From contig JBBKWK010000092.1 of assembly GCA_037968915.1 (NCBI GenBank), positions 1 through 38,062 on the forward strand: 38,062 bases of DNA, in the 5' to 3' direction. Made by a program: the position numbers and the translations under genes. Of this stretch, positions 9,418 to 17,033 are shown one piece after another (positions within the stretch are counted from its first letter, which is position 1; each line of letters begins with the position of its first letter). The notes under the pieces are model-generated. The model was not told where the DNA came from. It did no database searches and saw only the letters and a list, made by a program, of their open reading frames with translations. The stretch comes from Pontixanthobacter sp. (GTDB lineage Bacteria; Pseudomonadota; Alphaproteobacteria; Sphingomonadales; Sphingomonadaceae).

Positions 9418-9455
9418 AAAAATGGGCCAGAGAGTTTCCTCTCCGGCCCATTTTT
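9418..9455. terminator. Bidirectional rho-independent terminator between blc and rplA
   Basis: AAAAATGGGCC-AGAGAG-tttc-CTCTC-C-GGCCCATTTTT inverted repeat with A and T tails, lying between convergent genes. Confidence 0.85.
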
Positions 9456-9516
9456 CAATTTCTGGTCGGCAGCCCACGCAGATGCGTGAGCGATGCGAAC
9501 TAGCCGTGAGCGAAAA

Positions 9517-10215
9517 TTACGCCCCTTCGATACCAGCGTTATCGATCTTCAGGCCCGGGCCCATCGACGAGGTCAGCGAGACCTTCTGGATGTATTTGCC
9601 CTTCGCGCCCGAAGGCTTCGCACGGGCAATTGCGCCGGTGAAGCTTTCGAAGTTGGCCTTCAGTTGATCATCGGAGAAGGACATCTTGCCGATACCGGAA
9701 TGGATGATGCCATTCTTCTCGACGCGAAATTCGACCTGGCCGCCCTTGGCGTCCTTAACAGCCTGTTCCACATTAGGCGTAACCGTGCCCAGCTTCGGGT
9801 TGGGCATCAGGCCCTTGGGACCCAGAACCTTACCCAACCGGCCGACAACACCCATCATGTCCGGCGTGGCGATCACGCGGTCATAATCGAGATTGCCGTT
9901 CTGCATGTCTTCCATCAAATCTTCGGCACCGACCTTGTCAGCTCCGGCAGCCAGCGCCTTGTCGGCATTTTCGCCGCGCGCAAATACCGCAACCTTGATA
10001 TCCTTGCCGGTACCCGAAGGCAGCGACACCATGCCGCGAACCATCTGGTCTGCATGACGCGGATCGACGCCCAGGTTCATTGCGATTTCAACCGTCTCGT
10101 CGAACTTTTTCTTCGCATGTTCGCGCAACGTTTTCAGCGCATCGTCAAAATTATAGATCGCTTCCGGGTCAAGCTTTTCGATCCGCAGCTTCTGTGTTTT
10201 GGTCAATTTAGCCAT
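9517..10215 (-). CDS. rplA: 50S ribosomal protein L1
   Basis: KFDETVE...[30 protein letters not shown] and SSMGPG. Follows rplK. Confidence 0.99.
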   Translation of the reverse strand: MAKLTKTQKLRIEKLDPEAIYNFDDALKTLREHAKKKFDETVEIAMNLGVDPRHADQMVRGMVSLPSGTGKDIKVAVFARGENADKALAAGADKVGAEDLMEDMQNGNLDYDRVIATPDMMGVVGRLGKVLGPKGLMPNPKLGTVTPNVEQAVKDAKGGQVEFRVEKNGIIHSGIGKMSFSDDQLKANFESFTGAIARAKPSGAKGKYIQKVSLTSSMGPGLKIDNAGIEGA

Positions 10216-10219
10216 CTTC

Positions 10220-10651
10220 TCAGCCCTCCACCACTTCGAGACCCATCGAACGCGCGGAGCCTTCGATGATCAGGGTTGCCTGGTCGAGATCATTTGCATT
10301 GAGATCGGCCATCTTCGCTTCAGCGATCTCACGAACCTGCGAACGTTTGATCGTTCCAGCGGAAATCTTGCCGGGCTCTGCCGAGCCGGACTTAAGCTTG
10401 GCAGCTTTCTTCAGGAAGAAGCTGGCGGGCGGGGTCTTGGTGACGAAAGTGAACGAACGATCGGCATAAACGGTGATGACCGTCGGGATTGGCGCGTTCT
10501 TTTCCATTTCCTGCGTCGCGGCGTTGAACGCCTTGCAGAATTCCATGATGTTCACACCGCGCTGACCCAAAGCTGGGCCGATTGGCGGGGACGGGTTTGC
10601 AGTGCCGGCTGGCACCTGCAATTTAATATAGCCTTCAATTTTCTTGGCCAC
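10220..10651 (-). CDS. rplK: 50S ribosomal protein L11
   Basis: [30 protein letters not shown] start with AAAGGAGG RBS. Confidence 0.99.
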   Translation of the reverse strand: MAKKIEGYIKLQVPAGTANPSPPIGPALGQRGVNIMEFCKAFNAATQEMEKNAPIPTVITVYADRSFTFVTKTPPASFFLKKAAKLKSGSAEPGKISAGTIKRSQVREIAEAKMADLNANDLDQATLIIEGSARSMGLEVVEG

Positions 10652-10705
10652 GACGGGCCTCCTTTCACACTGTCGGGCGAGCGGTTTCGCGCACCCTCAT
10701 GTTAA

Positions 10706-10738
10706 GCGGTCAAACGACGAGGTAATCTCGCCTCCCGC
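10706..10738 (-). promoter_or_regulatory. Probable L1-binding autoregulatory RNA element in the rplK leader
   Basis: The minus strand reads GCGG-GAG-GCGAG-attac-CTCGTC-GTTTGA-CCGC: two helices flanking an asymmetric GAG-containing internal loop. This resembles the L1 target found in proteobacterial rplKA leaders. Confidence 0.65.
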
Positions 10739-10808
10739 ATCCCCGAATTGGGGGTATCCCATTTGGGAAGCGGCGCCCCTAAGCCAAGGGCACGCCGAAT
10801 TCAAGAAA

Positions 10809-11345
10809 TTACTTCGCCAGTTCGACCTGCTCGAAGTCGAGTTCAACCGGCGTAGCGCGGCCAAAGATCGAAACGGAAACCTTGACCTTGTTCTTGTCGA
10901 AATCGAGTTCTTCCACCTCGCCGGTGAAGCTGGCGAACGGACCGTCGAGCACTTTGACCGAATCGCCGATCTCGTATTCGACGCTGATCTGCTTCTTCGG
11001 GGCCGATTTGGCTTCTTCGACTCCGCCGAAATAGCGGGCGGCTTCCTTGTCGGTGATCGGCTGCGGCTTGTTGTTGGAGCCGAGAAAGCCGGTCACTTTC
11101 GGGGTGTTTTTCACCAGGTGATAGACATCGTCAGTCATCGTCAGCTTGGCCAGCACATAGCCGGGCATGAATTTGCGTTCGACCTGGACCTTCTTGCCTC
11201 GCTTAACTTCGGTGATTGTTTCGGTCGGCACTTCGACCTCTTCCACCGCTTCGGACAGGCCCAGCCGTTCGGCTTCTGAAATAATTGCTTCGCGAACCTT
11301 GTTCTCGAAACCCGAATAGGCGTGGATAATGTACCAGCGAGCCAT
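10809..11345 (-). CDS. nusG: Transcription termination/antitermination factor NusG
   Basis: WYIIHAYSGFE, PGYVL, KOW motif DGPFASFTGEV and VSIFGRATPVEL. Confidence 0.99.
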   Translation of the reverse strand: MARWYIIHAYSGFENKVREAIISEAERLGLSEAVEEVEVPTETITEVKRGKKVQVERKFMPGYVLAKLTMTDDVYHLVKNTPKVTGFLGSNNKPQPITDKEAARYFGGVEEAKSAPKKQISVEYEIGDSVKVLDGPFASFTGEVEELDFDKNKVKVSVSIFGRATPVELDFEQVELAK

Positions 11346-11409
11346 AGTGTATCCCGTATAGAAAGTCTGGATCGGCCCTTAAGCCGGACCCGAAATTTAA
11401 GCCAAAGAT

Positions 11410-11604
11410 TTAGGCCAGAGTAAGCAGCCAGCGGACAAGCGCGCCAAACACCGTATCGATGCCGAGGAAAAACAGCGACAGAATCACCATCATGATCCCG
11501 ACGAAAATCGCCGTGGTCACGGTTTCCTGCCGGGTGGGCCACACCACCTTGCTGGCTTCGGTTTTCACCTGATTGAAGAATTGCCCCGGGCTGTTCTTGG
11601 CCAT
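11410..11604 (-). CDS. secE: Preprotein translocase subunit SecE
   Basis: EASKVVWPTRQET followed by a single TM helix. Lies upstream of nusG. Confidence 0.97.
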   Translation of the reverse strand: MAKNSPGQFFNQVKTEASKVVWPTRQETVTTAIFVGIMMVILSLFFLGIDTVFGALVRWLLTLA

Positions 11605-11882
11605 TTGCTCGCGCTCTTGCTGTTGAATTCAAAAAAACATGTGTCTTACGGAATTTGGCCCAAGATAAGGATCTTCGCCGCCCCGGTTCAAGTCCGGGAG
11701 GGGCTGTAACACCAACAAATGTCGGAAGACAGGGCTCACTTAGGCGGGAGATACGCCAAACGCAAGAGCCAGACAGCAATGGGTCTAGGGCTGTCGATAG
11801 GCTGCACTTTGGGGGTGGCCTTGTTGTGTGCGGATCATTAGCGTGGCGCGCTTGATGGGTTCGCATAAGGGGCGCTGCATAA

Positions 11883-13400
11883 ATGGCCATTAATCCAACC
11901 GGGGCGGAAGCCTGGATCGCACCAATTACCAACGTATCGGATTTCATCTGGGCCGGACTGTGGAACGGGCAGGAGGTTTTGCCCTTCCCACCGATGATCA
12001 TGGTCCTGTTGGGCCTTGGCCTGTGGATGATGATCGGCCTACGGTTTTACCCGATACGCAAATTAGGCAGCGCCTTTGCCGGATTGTTCAAGGGCCGCAA
12101 GGGTTCTGGCGCAGGGGAAATATCCCCATTCGCGGCGCTCTCTACCGCACTGTCCGGACAAGTCGGCACGGGCAATCTGGCCGGGGTCGCTACAGCGATT
12201 ACGCTGGGCGGACCGGGCGCAATTTTCTGGATGTGGGTAACGGCGCTGTTTGGCATGGCGCTTGGTTTTGCCGAAGGCGCGCTGGCGATCCGCTACCGCG
12301 AGACCACATCGGACGGCACCTATCGCGGCGGTCCAATGAGTTACATCATGATCGGCCTCGGCCCCAAATGGACTTGGTTAGCGATCGTATTTTGCCTTGG
12401 CACACTGTTTTCCGCATTGGTAACCGGTAACGCGATTCAATCGAACGCAGTGGCGGACGGCCTCAATGAATTGTTTGGTATCGAAGAATGGATTGGCGGC
12501 CTGATCGTGGCCGGCGCAGTGTTCGTCGTAATTATCGGCGGGATCAAATCGATCGGCAATGTTGCCGAGAAGGTCGTGCCGACCATGGCTGGCGCCTACA
12601 TTGTGATGGCCTTGATCGCCCTGATTCTGAATTTCGGCGATTTGGGTGAGACATTTGGCCGGATTTTCTACGGCGCGTTCAACCCGCAGGCTGCAACCGG
12701 CGGCTTTGTCGGAGCGGCGATCATCATTGCCCTGCGTGCCGGCGTGGCGCGCGGCCTTTTCTCCAACGAAGCGGGCCAAGGTTCAACTCCGATTGCCCAC
12801 GCCGTGGCGCAGACCAACGATCCCGAACAGCAGGGCCGGATGGCAATGCTGGGGACGTTCATCGATACCGTAGTGATTTGCACCATGACGGCATTGGTCA
12901 TCCTGACCGTCGAAGGCCAGTTTACCGGTGGCGGGGCAGCGGTAAAACACGCGTGGCAATCTGATTTGACCGGCTTTGCGATGACATCGGGTGCTTTCGC
13001 AGCGGCGTTCCCGGTTCAGCTCGGTTCGGTTCCAATCGGTACATTGGTGGCCAGTGTGGCGTTGCTGCTATTCGTGTTTACCACCTTGCTGACATGGTCT
13101 TATTACGGCGAACGGGCGATCACCTTCATCTATGACCGTACTCCGGGCTCAACTTTGCGCGGTGAAAAGATCCTCCATTTTGGCTGGCGGGTGCTGTGGT
13201 GCATTGCAATCTACATCGGCGCGGCGCAGCCATCGGAGCTGGTCTGGCGGCTGGGCGACATCTCAAACGCGGCGATGGCCCTGCCAAACCTGATCGCACT
13301 CGCGCTTCTGTCCGGTGTGGTGTTCAAGCTGGCTAAGGGCGACAAGACGGCGGGGCCGGATCACCGGGCCGATACGCCGGAAGAGCCAGAGGAATACTGA
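11883..13400 (+). CDS. Alanine/glycine:cation symporter (AGCS) family protein
   Basis: GQVGTGNLAGVA, GGPGAIFWMW, GGPM, RGLFSNEAGQGS, FIDT, WSYYGE and MALPNLIAL. Confidence 0.95.
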   Translation: MAINPTGAEAWIAPITNVSDFIWAGLWNGQEVLPFPPMIMVLLGLGLWMMIGLRFYPIRKLGSAFAGLFKGRKGSGAGEISPFAALSTALSGQVGTGNLAGVATAITLGGPGAIFWMWVTALFGMALGFAEGALAIRYRETTSDGTYRGGPMSYIMIGLGPKWTWLAIVFCLGTLFSALVTGNAIQSNAVADGLNELFGIEEWIGGLIVAGAVFVVIIGGIKSIGNVAEKVVPTMAGAYIVMALIALILNFGDLGETFGRIFYGAFNPQAATGGFVGAAIIIALRAGVARGLFSNEAGQGSTPIAHAVAQTNDPEQQGRMAMLGTFIDTVVICTMTALVILTVEGQFTGGGAAVKHAWQSDLTGFAMTSGAFAAAFPVQLGSVPIGTLVASVALLLFVFTTLLTWSYYGERAITFIYDRTPGSTLRGEKILHFGWRVLWCIAIYIGAAQPSELVWRLGDISNAAMALPNLIALALLSGVVFKLAKGDKTAGPDHRADTPEEPEEY

Positions 13401-13417
13401 GGACATCCTTCAGCACA

Positions 13418-13460
13418 CAGAAAAGGGGCCGGTCATTCACATGACCGGCCCCTTTTTCTG
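13418..13460. terminator. Bidirectional rho-independent terminator
   Basis: CAGAAAAGGGGCCGGTCAT-tcac-ATGACCGGCCCCTTTTTCTG, a long perfect stem between convergent genes. Confidence 0.9.
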
Positions 13461-13504
13461 GCCCCCGTTTCTGGCCCCCAAAAAATCTGGCCAATATTGT
13501 CTGT

Positions 13505-13654
13505 TCAGCGCACGCCAAAGAGGCGCGCCATAAGACTCCGCTGTGTCATCGGCTGAAGCGGGCCATGCGCACGAAAGCGCAAGCTGGCATCGCGATGAGG
13601 GCGGGGAACAGTCCAACCGTCAGGGCGGCTGCTACGAAAACTAATGCTGCTCAT
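13505..13654 (-). CDS. Small hypothetical protein (49 aa)
   Basis: Manual translation: MSSISFRSSRPDGWTVPRPHRDASLRFRAHGPLQPMTQRSLMARLFGVR*. Strong RBS AGAGGAG about 6 nt before the ATG. Ends just before the bidirectional terminator. Confidence 0.75.
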   Translation of the reverse strand: MSSISFRSSRPDGWTVPRPHRDASLRFRAHGPLQPMTQRSLMARLFGVR

Positions 13655-13863
13655 AATCAACTCCTCTGTTTCAGTTGTGCGACCTGTCTCTTATAATGAA
13701 CGACTCATCGTATGGTTCCAGCGATTAATGCCCCCTGCACCGGAATGACACGGCAGATTCAGCAAAACCTAACGCGGAACCATAGCGCCAGCATACAGCC
13801 CGGCCCAGCGGACGAATTGTACGAACCCGGCACTTTCTCCGGGATTATTTTAGGGGATATGCC

Positions 13864-13939
13864 TGGCAGGAGTGCACGGACTCGAACCGTGGGCCCTCGG
13901 TTTTGGAGACCGATGCTCTACCAACTGAGCTACACTCCT
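13864..13939 (-). tRNA. tRNA-Trp (CCA anticodon)
   Basis: AGGAGTGTAGCTCAGTTGGTAGAGCATCGGTCTCCAAAACCGAGGGCCCACGGTTCGAGTCCGTGCACTCCTGCCA: 76-nt cloverleaf, anticodon loop CTCCAAA, encoded 3' CCA. Confidence 0.98.
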
Positions 13940-14069
13940 CCAGGCAGGCGGGCATTTAGAGCGATGCGCGGTGGATGGCAAGCCGCCTTGGAACCGATCA
14001 GGTAATTGAGCTGCGATGTTACAGGCAGGCTGGCGGGATACAGGACAATTCCGCTATGACCATACTATT

Positions 14070-14837
14070 ATGCACTCCCCCGCCCTGCCCCTAATTCCAA
14101 CCGATTTGCTTCTGATGGCCTATCGCAGCGGAATTTTTCCGATGGCGGACAGCCGGCACGATCCCGAATTGTTCTGGGTCGAGCCAAAGGAGCGGGCAAT
14201 TATACCGCTAGATGGGCTGCGCGTTTCACGTTCCTTGGCCAAAATCATCAAGCAGGACCGGTTCCAGGTGACGTGTAACGCCGCTTTTGACGAAGTAATC
14301 GAAGAATGCGCCGCGCCCCGAAATAATGGGGGTGACGATAATCAGGGAAGTTGGATCAGCCACCGTATCGCTGCAAGCTACGCCGCGCTGCATGATGCTG
14401 GCCATGCCCATTCCGTCGAATGCTGGCAGGAAGGCCGGCTGGTTGGCGGCCTATACGGCGTCAGTTTCGATTCCGTTTTCTGCGGAGAAAGCATGTTCAG
14501 CCGGACAGACAATGCTTCCAAGGTTGCGCTGGTCTGGCTGGTGGCGATCTTGCGCCATGCGGGGGTGCGGTTGCTCGATTGCCAGTTCATGACCGACCAC
14601 CTCGCCTCTATGGGCGCGGTAGCTATGTCTCAGAAAAGCTATCTTGGGCTGGTGGAACAGGCATGCGGGCAAGCACAGAGTATACCGCTGGCTTACTCTT
14701 CGTTGCTGGGAGCCTCTGCGGCAGGCTCTGGCGTCGGAGAAGCTGATTTGGCTCTATCTGGCGTAGCGGCCGGTGATGCCACGTCTTTCTCTTCGCCCGG
14801 AAAGCTCATCGCGCAATCTTTGACCCACACGTCATAG
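14070..14837 (+). CDS. aat: Leucyl/phenylalanyl-tRNA--protein transferase
   Basis: AYRSGIFPMA, SWI, HAHSVECW, LVGGLYGV, FCGESMFS...NASKVAL and LLDCQFMTDHLASMGA. Start ATG 14070 (ORF track gives 14016). Confidence 0.95.
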   Translation: MHSPALPLIPTDLLLMAYRSGIFPMADSRHDPELFWVEPKERAIIPLDGLRVSRSLAKIIKQDRFQVTCNAAFDEVIEECAAPRNNGGDDNQGSWISHRIAASYAALHDAGHAHSVECWQEGRLVGGLYGVSFDSVFCGESMFSRTDNASKVALVWLVAILRHAGVRLLDCQFMTDHLASMGAVAMSQKSYLGLVEQACGQAQSIPLAYSSLLGASAAGSGVGEADLALSGVAAGDATSFSSPGKLIAQSLTHTS

Positions 14838-15304
14838 ATCGGATGTTCGACCACATTGAGTGACGGCGAACGCTTGAACAGCCAGCCGGAAAAAACCTTG
14901 CGCCAAGCCTGCTTCCCTCCGGTGTCGCGCACCAGTACTTGTACGAAAGCCCCGGTTTCATTGGGCAGTTCCCACACGGGAGTGCGCTCGCAGGAGGCGA
15001 GGCGAATGACCACATTGCCCAACCGGCGCGATTCGCCCGGCTTCATGGTCAATTCCTGCGACAGATTATTACGCTTGTTCAGCAAGCCAATAGTAGCAGT
15101 TCGGTCCGCCATTGGTGTACCTGACACCGCATCCAGCGCCTGCGATACCGTTGGCGTAGCTGGCTTTTGCTGCAATTCTGCGGGGACTTCGGTTTCCACC
15201 GCTTCCGGCTCAGGCGCACCTGACGAGCAGGACGCCGCGAGCAAAACGGCGGGTGCCAGAAGCAGCCGCCAGCGCAGCCCAGCCGCATGAGCGATTCCGT
15301 GCAT
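14693..15304 (-). CDS. DUF2155 domain-containing lipoprotein
   Basis: Lipobox LAASC; ATIGLLNKRNN, LASCE, AFVQV and FSGWLFKRSPSLNVVEHPIYDVWVKDC. Sits in its usual neighbourhood of NDUFA12 and aat. Confidence 0.85.
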   Translation of the reverse strand: MHGIAHAAGLRWRLLLAPAVLLAASCSSGAPEPEAVETEVPAELQQKPATPTVSQALDAVSGTPMADRTATIGLLNKRNNLSQELTMKPGESRRLGNVVIRLASCERTPVWELPNETGAFVQVLVRDTGGKQAWRKVFSGWLFKRSPSLNVVEHPIYDVWVKDCAMSFPGEEKDVASPAATPDRAKSASPTPEPAAEAPSNEE

Positions 15305-15306
15305 GG

Positions 15307-15705
15307 TCAGCTATCCGGGGTCCAGGATTCGTAGTCGCCAGACGCGCCTGCCCGGCGGCCCCCACGCTCCAGCGCGCCCTGTGGGCGATAGGCATCCACC
15401 GTTCCCGTGGCATTGGGGCTATATTCCACTTCCCAGATCTTTGCCGGGGGCAAATTACTCTCGGGAACATCCACGAACTGTCCATGCAACCAGCCGTGCC
15501 ATTCGGGCGGCACCCGGCTGGCATCATTCGCACCTTCATACAGCACCCAGCGGCGCTGGTTCGTGCCTGCGGGTGTCTTGCGTGCGCGAAAATACCGATT
15601 GCCCTGAGCATCGGTGCCAACCTGTTCGCCGGTCCGCCAGCTGTTCAACATGGTGCCGATGGTGGCGCCGTCCCACCAGGTAAAAATCTTGCCGAAAAAA
15701 CTCAT
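15307..15705 (-). CDS. NADH:ubiquinone oxidoreductase subunit NDUFA12 family protein
   Basis: VGTDAQGNRYF, RRWVLY, ASRVPPEWHGWLH, PNATGT and DYESWTP. I prefer the ATG at 15705. Confidence 0.93.
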   Translation of the reverse strand: MSFFGKIFTWWDGATIGTMLNSWRTGEQVGTDAQGNRYFRARKTPAGTNQRRWVLYEGANDASRVPPEWHGWLHGQFVDVPESNLPPAKIWEVEYSPNATGTVDAYRPQGALERGGRRAGASGDYESWTPDS

Positions 15706-15763
15706 AACGCCGCGGTTAGCCGATTCGCCGCGCCGGGCCAAGTGAGAAGCGACGCGGAAGTGT

Positions 15764-16252
15764 TCACCATGCGACCTTATTTCCAGCCACAATCCCCAGT
15801 TCGGCCGCTCGCCCGGCATTCAGTTCCAGCACGGCACTGGCGATTCCTTCGGAGGAGACCGATTCGAGTGAATACGGCACGGTATTCGCTGCGATATTGC
15901 TGATCCGCCCATCGGTGCCGATGAAGATTATATCGAGCGGTAGCGGAGTATTTTTCATCCAGAAGCTGGCCTGCGCATAGCCGTCACGCGGAAAGATCAT
16001 GCCTTCGTCAGGGCCCATTTCGGTACGGAACATCAGCCCTTTGGCTTGATCGCGCGGGGTCGCTGCCACTTCCACCCGAAAGGTATGGGTCTTTTTCTCG
16101 CCCGCAACGGTCAGCGGGACCACTGCGAGCCCGGAAACGGGATGGACGGGCACTTCCATCGAAGCCGCCGCCGGCGTCGCCTCAGCGGCAGGTTGAGGTG
16201 AACAGGCGGCAAGAAAAGCGAAACTGGCCGCAATGGCAATGCTGCGAATCAT
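15764..16252 (-). CDS. DUF192 domain-containing lipoprotein
   Basis: Lipobox LAAC; VEVAAT...GLMFR, GMIF, FWMKNTPLPLDIIFI and VLELNAG. Confidence 0.92.
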   Translation of the reverse strand: MIRSIAIAASFAFLAACSPQPAAEATPAAASMEVPVHPVSGLAVVPLTVAGEKKTHTFRVEVAATPRDQAKGLMFRTEMGPDEGMIFPRDGYAQASFWMKNTPLPLDIIFIGTDGRISNIAANTVPYSLESVSSEGIASAVLELNAGRAAELGIVAGNKVAW

Positions 16253-16864
16253 CTAGAGTTCCTCGTCATCTTCATCAGTCCGCGCTTCGGCTGCCCATTC
16301 CTCGGCTGCCGCATCGCTTCGTGCATCCATTATCGCCCGAACCGTGTCAAAGCCATGCCCGGCACGCAACATTGCGGCGATTTGTTTTTGTTTGCGCTCG
16401 CGGTCGGGCGCTTCCACCGCAAAAGGGCCGAACCGTCGTTTGCGCGCCATCGCCAGCGCTGCAGCCCGGATTGCAGCCTCGCCCGGCGCAATGTCGGTCC
16501 TGATCTGTTCGTCAATCCCGGCTGCATAGAGGTCCTGCGATACCCGGCGAGGGCCAAAGCCGCGCCTAAGCAAACCACCGCTCCGCGAACGGGCATACGC
16601 TTCATCATCAATATAGCCCATCTCGACAAACCGCGCGGAGATTTCCCGCAGGTCGGGACGGCTATCTGTCAGTTCCCCGCCATCATTGTTCCACCCGCGT
16701 TCACGTATCTTACGCGAGAGATAGCTTTCCAGCTTGGCTGCGGTGGTTGCAAAACGCGCAACATAAGCCAGCGCAAGTTCCTGTAAACGTTCCGTATCCA
16801 ATGGGCGCGGAGGTGGACGAGGAGTGCGTTTTTTTCTCCATTTGGACGTATCACGATCGGTCAT
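16253..16864 (-). CDS. recX: RecX family regulatory protein
   Basis: LALAYVARFATT, GYIDDEAYA, RRGFGPRRV, ARKRRFGPF and MLRAGHGF. ATG 16864 preferred over the 17125 extension, which overlaps the next gene. Confidence 0.88.
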   Translation of the reverse strand: MTDRDTSKWRKKRTPRPPPRPLDTERLQELALAYVARFATTAAKLESYLSRKIRERGWNNDGGELTDSRPDLREISARFVEMGYIDDEAYARSRSGGLLRRGFGPRRVSQDLYAAGIDEQIRTDIAPGEAAIRAAALAMARKRRFGPFAVEAPDRERKQKQIAAMLRAGHGFDTVRAIMDARSDAAAEEWAAEARTDEDDEEL

Positions 16865-17033
16865 CGGCCATAATCGTGCCACAGTCTGATTGAAATGGGA
16901 AAGTTTGTTACGCCGGACTAAGGAAAAATGGGCCATATGTCGCAAAACGGCCCGCAAGAAAAGACGAATGGAACGGCACACAGTAATTGGCAGCGTTTTG
17001 AAAGCGCGCAGATGACGGGTATCGCAAAATAAT

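Noticed and set aside
9493-10705. Plus-strand ORFs of 258 and 168 aa
   Set aside because: Antisense to rplA and rplK.
11660-11716. Possible second tRNA or attR copy of tRNA-Trp
   Set aside because: Only a T-arm-like hairpin is present. No D-arm or anticodon arm, and sequence and orientation differ from the tRNA-Trp 3' end.
11780-11882. Glycine riboswitch upstream of the AGCS symporter
   Set aside because: No GGAGA...CCGAAG...CTCTCAGG aptamer motifs, and too little space.
13712-14005. 97-aa plus-strand ORF
   Set aside because: Runs antisense through tRNA-Trp; spurious.
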